Positions 51,066-61,788 of a stretch of DNA of 64,000 bases are shown here, in pieces. The translations under genes were made by a program, and so were the position numbers. Each line of letters begins with the position of its first letter. Position 1 is the first letter of the stretch. A model generated the notes under the pieces. It ran no database searches and was not told the origin of the DNA. It saw only the letters and a program-made list of their open reading frames with translations. This DNA is from Scyliorhinus canicula (lineage: Eukaryota): contig NC_052158.1 in NCBI RefSeq assembly GCF_902713615.1, positions 45,719,159 through 45,783,158 of the forward strand, written 5' to 3'.

Positions 51066-51238
51066 TGATGTGGAGATGCCGGCGTTGGACTGGAGTGAGC
51101 ACAGTAAGAAGTCTTACAACACCAGGTTAAAGTCCAACAGGTTTTTTTCAAATCACTAGCTTTCAGAGCACTGCTCTGAAAGCTAATGATTTGAAACAAA
51201 CCTGTTGGACTTTAACCTGGTGTTGTAAGACTTCTTAC
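51066..51238. mobile_element. Penelope-like terminal fragment forming a 67-bp-arm palindrome
   Basis: Arms 51104-51170 / 51172-51238 (2 mismatches), near-TSD atatgcagcaa / atgtgcagcaa; family call from recalled sequence. Confidence 0.7.
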
Positions 51239-51495
51239 ATGTGCAGCAAGACCTAGAAAACATTCAGGCTTGGGTTGATAAATGGCATGTAGCATTTGCG
51301 CCCAACAAGTGACAGGCAACGACCACCTCCAATGTGCGAGAATCCAACTAAATCCTCTTGACATTTAATGGCATTATGATTGCTGACCTGGAGGCTACCA
51401 TTGACCAGAATCTGAATTGGAGCAACCATATAAATACTGCGAACAGATCAGAAGCTGGGAATTCTGTAGTGAGTAATTGAATCCTGACTCCCCAA

Positions 51496-52445
51496 TGTAG
51501 CCATGCTGGCCACGCAAAATGGACACTGAGCCAAACTAAAATGGAAGACAGAAGGAAAAGCCTGTTTAGTGAGAACAGACAGTCTGCTCTCAACTAATTA
51601 GCATTTTGCAAGCAGCAAACCAGTTTTCTGGCCAGGTGCAAGATCTCCAAGCCAAAGGTGTTAATGGCAAAGCGCTTAGCATTCTGATGAGGCAGCCCAG
51701 ATCCAGGCACAAACAATGGCAACATTTCCATCTCAATATAACACTTAATTGGTTGTGCAAACAGGATGGCACCAGAGTAACGAATATCGAAACCACCCCC
51801 CAACATCGAGGAAAGCCCCCGCATTGGAGGATTTCGAAGGTAACCGTTTGGAAACGCTCCAATCGGTACCGAAAGGTAGAGCCCACCTAGAAGGGGGCAA
51901 GGACATTAGAGAGGGGTATAAGGGCAAATTCCCCACAGAGCCCGGTCTGTTAAACCTGTGCTCCGGCCCTGATAGACATCTTGCATCCTGACTCCAGCCG
52001 TTGAGCACCAGCCGCCGAAACCGTAAGTTCAACGCTCGCTACGCGATCCAAGCCCACTAGACTCCCAAGTACCAGAACGCTTGCTGAAGGCTGCAGTACA
52101 AGACCAGGACGAAGGCCTCGTTCTCTGACCTTGCCTGTTCCTGTTAGATAAGTATTCTGTTCACTTAAGTTTAGTTATAGCTTAGTCTCTTAGTGTGTGC
52201 ATGAGTATTTATTATAACTGTATAATAAATATTGATCGTTTGAACCTTACTAATCGGTGTATCGTCTTTATTACTTTGAACTTGACCTTGGAATACTTGT
52301 GACGTTGTCTATACGGCAACTGGCGACTCCAGAGCTAAATAATTACATACAACAGAGCCTAGTAGTGTTAAGCACACGTCGAACTCGGAGGCGTGTTAAT
52401 ACACTCCAATAAACGCGTTTTACGCCCACAGTAAAACGTGCAACA
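51496..52445 (+). mobile_element. Solo LTR (950 bp)
   Basis: TGT...ACA termini, 4-bp TSD CCAA, TATA-like gtataa and AATAAA inside. Confidence 0.8.
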
Positions 52446-53029
52446 CCAAAACCAGTACATTTCAGTGTGACTTAGAATAAAGTGTTGGGAGTTAGGTGAT
52501 TAATGAGTTTGGGGAAGAGGGGACAGAGGTCCTCCTTGCTTTTCCTTTTGTCATCTGATAGCACGAGAGGAGTGGTGGTCTTAAAGAGTGAGATGAATCA
52601 GGCCCAAGACCAGAGCTGGATAGCAGGTAATTGTGAGAAGAGCAGTCTTAAACAGTGCGGTAAATCAATCCACTCAAGAGTGGGACAGCAGGCGGTTGAG
52701 ATACGAGCAATGGCCTTAAGAACATAAGAACTAGAAGCAGGAGTAGGCCATCTGGCCTCTTGAGCCTGATCCGCCATTCAATAAGATCATGGCTGATCTT
52801 TTTATGGATTCAGCGCCACTTAAAGAGTGAGGGGAACCAGGCCCTAGACTAGAGCAGTGCTGGGAACCAACACAAGAGGAGCAGCAGCTTTGGTCAGTAG
52901 GGCCTGGTGAGTATTTCTACTGCCCAGTCTTTGAAGTAAAAAGTGGTCTTGAAGCCAGATTAAGTAGTGTTTAAAGTAAATGAAATAAGATCCCAAGTAT
53001 ATATTTAATATTCATAAAACTACAGGGAG

Positions 53030-53330
53030 TATAAGTCATGGTAGGGCAGCTTGTCCATATGTAATGCTCCTCCTGTGCAGTGTGGGAACTCAGGGACACT
53101 TTTAGTGTCCAGGATGACCACATGTGTAGGGAGTGTCTCCAGATGCTAAAACTTTTAAAATATTGAATAGGCGGCTGGATATAGCACTTGGGGAGAATAG
53201 GATCAAAGGGTATGGGGAGAAAGCAGGATTAGGCTATTGAGTTGAATGATCAACCATGATCGTGATGAATGGCAGAGCAGGCTCAAAGGGCCAAATGGCC
53301 TCCTCCTGCTCCTATCTTCTTTGTATCTAT
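53030..53330 (+). mobile_element. CR1 remnants (ORF1 N-terminal Cys motif joined to a 3' end)
   Basis: CSSCAVWELRD..DDHMCRECLQ; gggccaaatggcctcctcctgctcctat tail. Confidence 0.65.
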
Positions 53331-53339
53331 CTATCACCA

Positions 53340-53705
53340 CTTGGATTGGATTGAATTTGTTTATTGTCACGTGTACCGAGGTACAGTGAAAAGTATTTTT
53401 CTGCAAGCAGCTCAACAGATCATTCAGTACATGGGAAGAAAGGGGAATTAAACAAAAGTCAAGAAAATACATAATAAGGCAACACAAGATATACAATATA
53501 ACTACATAAGCAATGGCATCGGATGAAGCATACAGGGTGTAGTGTTAATGAGGTCAGTCAATAAGAGGGTCATTTAGGAGTCTGGTGACAGTGGGGAAGA
53601 AGCTGTTTTTGAGTCTGTTCGTGCGTGTTCACAGACTTCTGTATGTCCTGCCCGATGGAAGAAGTCGGAAAAGTGAGTAAGCCGGGTGGGAGGGATCCTT
53701 GATTA
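53340..53705 (-). mobile_element. LINE 3' end (Rex/Babar-like)
   Basis: (TTGGA)n tail, ggggaagaagctgttttt..cctgcccgatggaaga motif (recalled). Confidence 0.55.
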
Positions 53706-54067
53706 AAACAGAAAACAGAAACCCTTCAAGAGGGTGAGAAATGATTTGAGGACGGTGCCATGGAGCAGCGTACCTTAGATCAACAATCTTAACTGGGGCA
53801 GGGGAGGAATGAAGGTCAGGTCCTTCAGCAGCAGTAAGGGAGGTGTATTTAACACTGGGAGAGTCAAACTATTATTCTTTTACTCCGTTGTCTGGAGAAA
53901 ACAGTCTCTCACCAGTCACAGAAAACAGAACCTATGTAAATAAGTTTTGCACGCCACTGCTGGCCGTAGACCTTGCTGTAACTAATTAGTTGATATATTC
54001 TTATTGCTGAATACATTGAAATATAATAGTCAATTCATTATATGAAACATATAATGATATCGACATG

Positions 54068-54604
54068 CCTCTGAGGATGAATAATGCTATTCCCACACTA
54101 GAAATCTCTGTCAAACATTTACCAGGGGAACTGAGACAGCAGCTGCAATAAGTGAGGTTTTATTCAGATGGGACAATGACAAGTTTAAATCTCCACCTGA
54201 TCTGCTGCTCAAAGTCGCCTCCGTTTCCCCGTCAGTTTCCCAAACTTCAGGAAACTCCTGTTACTGCAGAAATATTTGGATTGTCTGTGAGAGACGTCAA
54301 TCAGAGAGCCCACCCACTCTGCCCATTCTCTCCTCTTCCTCTACCACAGCTGCTTCACTTCCTGTAGGGACTCAAAACCAAGTCAGGAGATGGTGAGTGA
54401 AGGAGCAGAATTTACAATCATTACATTGCTCAATATCCACACTAATGTTCAGGCAGTCTGACTATCCTGTGGGCAATCAGGTGTGGAAATGTCCCTTATG
54501 CTGTGTGAGAAGATCCAGCTCAGAGATCTGTTTACTCGGTGCTTTGTGCTGAGCTGTTTGATTGGCTGTGTGTTGGATATTGAGTGTGTTTATTGAAAGC
54601 ATTG
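54068..54604 (+). repeat. Inverted paralog of 14265-14800 incl. putative promoter/exon ending ATG|GTGAGT (54392/54393)
   Basis: Visibly high identity over ~530 bp. Confidence 0.85.
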
Positions 54605-57600
54605 TTGCGAGTGGATGTCCCATTGTCATCATGCGTGCCCCTTTGTTGGCGTGACTGCGTGTTCCATGGTCCTCGCAGGTATGCGTTCCATGTTCGTCGC
54701 GAATGCGTGCCCTGTTGTCGTCGCGAGTGTGTCTCATTGTCATTGTGAGTGCGTGTCCCATTGTCATCGTGAGTGCGTGTTCCATTGTCGCCGGGTGCGT
54801 GACCCATTATTATCATGAGTGAGTGTTCCATTATTGTCGCGAGTGCGTGTTACATTGTTGTCGCTGTGTTGTTCCTTGTGTATTAATAAAGCTCGTAGTC
54901 TTAAAGTTGAAGTAGATGCTTTATTGTAAATTTGTTCTTTCTTCAGTGCTTAACTTAAAGTTACATTGATGCTGCTTGTCTATGTCTTGCTACCAGTTCC
55001 CGTTCTGTTAAGTGTCTCCTGACTTCCTGTTCGTCTGTATTTATATCTCTCCCGTGCTCCCTCTCGTGCTTGCTCAGTTGTATTGCATCTACACAGATCA
55101 CCACATCCCCCCTTTTTTCTTTACATATTTTCTGTACATTGTTAAAGAAAACTGTACAAAACAGTTAGATTACTTATGATATGTGTATCTATACAAGTGA
55201 TGATGATATTGGATGTTTTACAAAGCCAGTTAATATTTATGAGTCCAATCTTAGTAAAAACATTTATGAGTCCAAACTTTATGAATTTGTTCATTGAGTT
55301 TTTTCTTTTTCGTTCTTGACGTGGTGATATTGATATTGCAACTCCGTTGTGAATGTTGTCAGTGTTCTTGTTTTTTTAAGTAACCAATACGTCATCCCGA
55401 GGTGTTTGAATGGTCGAACCATTGATGTTGACTGACATGGAATTTTTTCTGTGCTTGTGGTATCGATTTAGTGTGTCATCTGCCTTGAAAGCTGGTGTGC
55501 TTGCTTGTTCTGGAGCAGATGTGAGTTTGTGAGATTCGTTGTCATCCCATGGCATGTTTGTAGTCTTGTCATTGTTTTGCAGTGTGCTGTGGCATTGTCT
55601 TTCATGTGCAGAGTTCTACCATTTTGTACAAGTCGTAGTTTCATTGTTGTTGTTTCTGTCTTTGTTGTTTTCGTTGTCGTTCTTGTTGCTGTTTTTGTCA
55701 TTTCTGTCTTTGTTGTTTTCATTGTCGTTCTTGTTGTTGTTTTTGTCGTTTCTGTCTTGGTTCTTGTCGTGCTTGTTGTCTTTGTTATGCTTTTGTCGTT
55801 TTTGTTCTTCTTGTAGTTTTTGTTGTTGTGCTTGTAGTTTTTGTTGTTGTTGTTCTTGTTTCTGCAGTGCTTCTTGCGATTTTTGTTGTTCTTATTGCGC
55901 TTCATGTTGCTTTTGTTCTTGCTGTTGTTCTTGTTTCTGCTCTGCTTCTTGTGGTTTTTGTTTTTCTTGTTGTGCTCAATGAGTGTCCCGTGTGGATAAT
56001 TTGAGTCATTGTCACAGTTATTGGTGCGAGTATCCTTTGTGGTATCTGTTACATTGAATGTTTCGTCTAGAGAATGGTGAGAATGATCTGATGTTGCATT
56101 GATGCTGGTGACATCAGTCATTTGTGGTGGATTTGATTCCTCTTCTTTGCTTCCTTTGTACTCCTCTTCTGGAGTCATTTGTTGTGGATTTAATTCCTCT
56201 TCTTTGCTTTCTTGGTGCTCCTCTTCTGGAGTCAAGTTCTTTACGATTTCATTTTCTTGTTGGTCTTGGTGCTCCTCTTCTGGAGTCAAAATCTTCACGA
56301 TTTCTATTGACGTGGTCTCTCTGGACTCTTGGTGCTCCTCTTCTGGAGTCAAAATCTTCATGATTTCTATTGACGTGGTCTCTCTGGACTCTTGATGCTC
56401 CTCTTCTGGAGTCAAAATCTTCACGATTTCTATTGACGTGGCCTCTCTGGACTCTTGGTGCTCCTCTTCTGGAGTCAAAATCTTCAAGATTTTAATTGAC
56501 GTGGTCTCTCTGGACCCATGAGTGGCCCTACTCTGTGCTTCTGTACAGACGAGCTGAGATCTGTCAGTCTCGCTGTGATCCTGCACCCCCTGTATGTCGA
56601 GTGTGATCACATTGTCACTGTTTTCGCATGCAGTGGGTAGATTTACATTGTCTTCTTCTTGATTATGTGAGCTTGGTAGACTTTCATAGTCTGCTTGCGG
56701 TTGCTCAGATACGGTGGGTTGACCTTCATGGTCTTGTTCATGCATGGTGTTCGCTAGGGAGTGTTTGCTTGCTTCCATTTTGGAGTCTTTCAACGAGCTG
56801 TCTGTGGAGGCTCGCGTCACTCTCTTTGTGGAGTCTTTCATCGCTCTCTCTGTGGAGCTGTCATCGCTCTCTTTGTGGAGTTTTTCTGTGCTCTCTGTGT
56901 GGGGTCGTCTTCGTCTTGGGTATTGCTGTCATCCAATGTATCGACGATCTGCCATGGCACCATGGTGTTGGATTCAGCAACCATGAGTAGAGTCGTGTTG
57001 AGTTTTGCGACCGTGTTGCTGATGCTGTGATCAGCATATCCGAATAACTCAGCCATGCCTGAGTAGTATTGTTCGAAAAACAAATTATCTTTTTTTGTTT
57101 CGGATTTGGTATCGTTTTCTTCATCTTTTTTTGTTTTGGAATTGGTTTTGTTCTCTTCACTTTGGGTTGTGCAGACTGCTTGTTCCAGGGTGTTGTGAGA
57201 GTTATTGTCAACTGCTGGTGTAAGTTCAGGCGTTTTTCTGTCTTTTGAGGTAAGAAAATTGGATTTTACGGCTTTTAGTTTCTTGTTTTTAATTTTCAGG
57301 CATTTCCCTTTTAAGTGGGCGTGGTCCGTGTCCTCAGACGTCATGACGCTCGTGATGTCATGCGTAGGAATCGACTGCGCATGCACAAATCGGTCTTCCT
57401 TTACTGTGAGGTTTTATGCCCGCGCATGCGCAGAACCATCTTCAAATGGTGCACTCGTTCCTTTCAACTCGGCATGCGCGGCTTGCGCATGCGCATAACG
57501 ATCCGCGAGCAAAACCTTTTTTAACTGCGCATGCGTAGAACGCAAAATGGCTGGTTTTAACTGCACATGCGCGGCTTCTGTTTCCTGCGCATGCGGAGAC

Positions 57601-58942
57601 GCAGATTTTCGTCCTTTGTTCCCCAGAGACTGTGAAATGTGCTCAGACGCCATTTTACAGTGGATTTCAGCGTTTTTTCTTTCTAAAAAGTTCAAGTTAC
57701 TTTTTCCTTTCGATCTGGACTTTTCACTCGCGATTTCTAGACTGAACCCTTTCTGTTCTGATAGTGATTGTTTGAGTTTTGCATCACTCAGTCCCTGTGC
57801 AGTTTGGTCTTTGAGCATACAGTACTGTTCAAATTTCATACAATGCTCTTCAAATTTTTTTAGTATTATTTGTAATTTGGTGCTGTCTTCATCTTTCAAG
57901 TATTTAGAGCAATTATATGTTTCTCTAGCTTCATGTCCTGCGATGAACAGTGCTATTTTCATTTCGTCTGAGGCTGCTTCTAAATCATTAGCTATGATAT
58001 ATAAATCGAACATTTATTTAAATCTTTTCCAGGCATTACTTAAATTACCGATTATGTTCAGCTGAGGTGGGGTTCCAACCAATATCATCGAATTAGTGAA
58101 GTCTTCCAAAGCTGAATGTCCGGTAGGAGTTTTCCTTGCCATTTTGGTCTTTCTGTGTCTGCAGCTTGTGTAATCTTGTAGTAAGCGTCTGAAGCCACTC
58201 TTGGTACCATGTGTTGTTCCTTGTGTCTTAATAAAGCTTGTAGTCTTAAAGTTGAAGTAGATGCTTTATTGTAAGTTTGTTCTTTCTTCAGTGCTTAACT
58301 TAAAGTTACATCGATGCTGCTTGTCTATGTCTTGCTACCAGTTCCCGTTCTGTGAAGTGTCTCCTGACTTCCTGTTCATCTGTATTTATATCTCTCCCGT
58401 GCTCAGGTGCTTGCTCAGTTGTATTGCATCTACACAGATATACAATCACCACAGTCGCGAGTGCCTGTTCCATTGTCGTTGGGTGCATGACCCATTGTCG
58501 CGAGTGCGTGTTCTATTGTCATCGGGTGCGTGTCCTGTTGTTGTCGCGAGTGCCTGTTCCATTGTTGTCGAAAGTGCGTGTCCCATTGTTGTTGTGAGTG
58601 CATGTTACATTGTTGTCAGGTGCGTGACCCATTGATGTCACGAGTGCGTGTCCCATTGTTGTTGCGAGTGCGTGTTCCATTGTCGCTGGGTGCATGACCC
58701 ATTGTCACGAGTGCGTGTCCCATTGTTTTCGTGAGTGTGTGTTCCATTGTTGTTGTGAGTTCGTGTTCCATTGTCATTGGATGCATGACCCATTGTCATG
58801 AGTGCGTGTTCCATTGTTTTTGTGAATGCGTGTTCCATTGTTGTCGCAACTGCATGTCCCATTGTTGTTGCGAGTGTGTGTTCTATTGTCATCGGGTGCG
58901 TGACCCATTGTTGTTGCGAGTGTGTGTCCCATTGTCGTTGTG
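54601..58942. repeat. Minisatellite (~19-24 bp unit GAGTGCGTGTTCCATTGTTGTCGC) at 54601-54864 and 58454-58942, split by an LTR element
   Basis: Degenerate tandem units on both sides of the insertion. Confidence 0.85.
54865..58453 (-). mobile_element. Non-autonomous Gypsy-type LTR element with Gag N-terminus and low-complexity ORF, no pol
   Basis: LTRs 54865-55105 and 58210-58453, TSD GTCGC, PBS TGGTACCAAGAGTGG (tRNA-Leu-like), PPT AAAAAAGGGGGGA, Gag motif GNLSNAWKRFK*MFDLYIIANDL from ATG 58142. Confidence 0.9.
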
Positions 58943-59900
58943 TGCTAAATTGCCCCTTAATTGGAAAAAAAATTGGCTACTCAAAATTTATTTTTAAAAA
59001 TTTCTAGCACTTCCTGTCCAGTGTTTTCTTCAAATAATTTTGCAAAATATGGGGAGAAATTTCAAAATCTTCATTGAATTAACATTTCTCCTGAATGTTT
59101 TTTTCTTAAACCTAATCAAAGGATAAAGCTTGCATTTTCAGCACAGCGTGAGCTTATAACAAATTAATAGCCTGACTGTCTTTTCCGTTGCCGGGTCTGG
59201 GTGGAGTAAAAAAATAGTCACGTTGCCTGCTGCTGGTCACTATCCAGTGTCCCTGCTGGAAACAGAGGATGTGTGACAGTCAATGAAGAAAAAGAAAGGA
59301 CTAGTATCTGATCTCCCACATAGGAGAATAGCAGACTGACACTCACTGTGGAACAGTCTCTAACTGAGGAGTTAGCCCCTTCAGCAGAGGAGAGGGAGTT
59401 AGAGGAAATTATGTTTCCTTTTCCTGTTTTACAGAAGGATTGCATCGTACTACACCAGAGAGTACATAGAGGATAGACACTGCAGATTGATCCTGACCAC
59501 CACCCAAGGAACAGTTGCACAACTGTGGAAAGACATCCAGTCCCTTCACAGCATTGGTCAACACAGAGAAGTTTGGACAGTGAAACCATCATCTGGAAAT
59601 TGGTCAGTACAGGGGAGCTTTGACATATCATCAGTTATTATCAATGGTGTGGAATCTTCCATCAGAACCAACCTTTCCGAAGTTTCGGCTGTGGACGATC
59701 GGTCAGGGTGAGGCTGGGAAGAAGTGTGAGTGGGCTCCAAGTGTGGTGAGAGCTTCAATCATTCATCGAGACTCATGAACCACTGACTCATTCCTGCAGG
59801 TGAGGGGCTGTTCAAATGTGAGGAGGGTTCCAGAGGCTTATATGATCTGCTGACATGCAAGGTACATGTGCTGTACAACTGTTAATACAAGGACAGCCAC

Positions 59901-61100
59901 ATGGAAGAGAAACCATCCAAGTATGTGATTTGTGACCGTGCTTTCATACAGTCATCAATGGTCTTAAATCACCTCCATATTCACACTGCGGAGAAACTGT
60001 TTAAATGTGAGGTGTGTTCTCAGGGTTTTTCACAGTCTTTGGGTCTAATATATCACCAGTGCATTCACACAGAAGAGAAAGCATTCACATGCAAGATTTG
60101 TGATAAAGATTTTGTGAAGTCTTCGAATCTGCGGATGCACCAGAAGATTCACGCGGGAGAGAAACCATTCATATGCGAAGTATGTGACAAATCATTCTCA
60201 CGGTCATCGACCCTCCGCGTGCATCAACGCATTCATACTGGGGAGAAACCATTCACATGTGAGGTGTGTGACAAATCATTCTCACAGTCATCGTGCCTTC
60301 GCACCCACCAACGTTTTCACACAGGGGAGAGACCATTCATGTGTGAAGTGTGCAACAAGTCATTCTCAGATTCATCGACACTCCGTGCACACCGACGTGT
60401 TCACACAGGAGAGAAACCGTTCACATGCAAGGTGTGCAACAAATCATTCTCATGGTCATCTGCCCTGCGCGAACACCAACGCATTCACACAGGGGAGAAA
60501 GCATTCACTTGCAAGGTTTGTGAGAAAGCTTTTGTGAAATCTTCGACCCTTCTGAGACACAAGAGGATTCACACGGGAGAGAAACCATTTAGATGCGTGG
60601 AGTGTGAGAAGGCATTCACCAACTCCTCAGATCTCCTGACGCACCAGAGAATCCACGCAGGGGAGAAACCCTTCAAGTGTGAAGTTTGTGATAAAGCTTT
60701 TGTGACATCTTCGACACTGCTGATACATCAGAGGATTCACACAGGCGAGAAACCCTTCAAGTGTGAAGTTTGCGATAAAGCTTTTGTGACATCTGCTGCC
60801 CTCCAGAGGCACCAGATGATGCACACTGGGGAGAAACCCTTCAGCTGTGAGGTTTGTGATAAAGATTTTGTGACATCCTGGACCCTACTAAGACACCAGA
60901 GGATTCACACAGGGGAGAAACCATTCACGTGCGAGGTGTGTTACAAATCATTCGCAATCTCATCGAATCTCCATGTACATCAACGTATTCACACAGGGCA
61001 GAAACCATTCACGTGTGAGATATGTGATAAATCATTCTTGCAGTCATCAACCCTACACAAACACCAAAGCATTCACATCGGAGAAACCCTTAAAGTGTGA
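59901..61100 (+). CDS. C2H2 zinc finger protein ZNF-D (13 intact plus 1 degenerate finger)
   Basis: 399-aa ORF of tandem fingers; acceptor ttttcctgttttacAG at 59434; relic fingers continue to ~61420. Confidence 0.93.
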   Translation: MEEKPSKYVICDRAFIQSSMVLNHLHIHTAEKLFKCEVCSQGFSQSLGLIYHQCIHTEEKAFTCKICDKDFVKSSNLRMHQKIHAGEKPFICEVCDKSFSRSSTLRVHQRIHTGEKPFTCEVCDKSFSQSSCLRTHQRFHTGERPFMCEVCNKSFSDSSTLRAHRRVHTGEKPFTCKVCNKSFSWSSALREHQRIHTGEKAFTCKVCEKAFVKSSTLLRHKRIHTGEKPFRCVECEKAFTNSSDLLTHQRIHAGEKPFKCEVCDKAFVTSSTLLIHQRIHTGEKPFKCEVCDKAFVTSAALQRHQMMHTGEKPFSCEVCDKDFVTSWTLLRHQRIHTGEKPFTCEVCYKSFAISSNLHVHQRIHTGQKPFTCEICDKSFLQSSTLHKHQSIHIGETLKV

Positions 61101-61494
61101 CATGTGTGATAAAGTTTTCCTGATGTCTTTGAAACTCCTGGGACCAGAGGATTTACAGAGGGAGAAACCCATCAGATCCCATGTTTGTGGCAAGGCTTTC
61201 ACCCACTCCTCCAATCTCCTGAAGCATCAGCAGATCGATGAGAAACCAGTCAGGTGTGAGGCATGTGGACAAGGTTCTCCCACAGTCAGTCTATCTCCTG
61301 GTTCATCTACACACTCCTGGGGGAGAATTCTGCAATAATTCACACAGTTATCGGATTTTCTGGAACATCAGTGAACCCACACAAGAGACAAACCCTTCCA
61401 GTGTGACGTGTGACCTACCCCTCCTGTCGATTAGGATAGTATCACCTACTCCTCCTCTCTCTTCAAACACTGATATCTCCACATGGACTTGGAG

Positions 61495-61710
61495 CCGGCT
61501 CACCTGCTTCCCTTACACTGACAGTTGTCTGTGTGGTTTACCCTCCAGTGCTCACACAGGGGAGCTGTCCTTCCCAAGCACTGTGTCTCCAACCTCTCCC
61601 ACCATCAGTCCAATCGTTTCAAGAAGGTTAATTTAACCTTTGACCAGATGGCCAAACATCACCAAAAGAAGACATCAATCTGTATAGAAGCTGCTGTATA
61701 AACTCAGCAT
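61495..61710 (+). repeat. 3' block shared with ZNF-A (rc of ~6745-6962)
   Basis: ctcacctg.ttcccttacac.ga.agttgtc...ccctccagtgctcacacaggggagctgtccttcc. Confidence 0.8.
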
Positions 61711-61788
61711 CCTTTCAGTGCAGCGTCAGGTACAAGTCACTCACTGACTCGCTCTGACCAAGAAGACAATCAGATACTCAGTGGTTGG

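Noticed and set aside
55505-55982. Cys-rich and Val-rich + strand ORFs (keratin-associated or metallothionein-like look)
   Set aside because: Antisense translations of the AAC/AAG-rich tract inside the LTR element
54601-58942. Repeat array that could be mistaken for CRISPR
   Set aside because: Degenerate head-to-tail units with no unique spacers, no cas genes, vertebrate context
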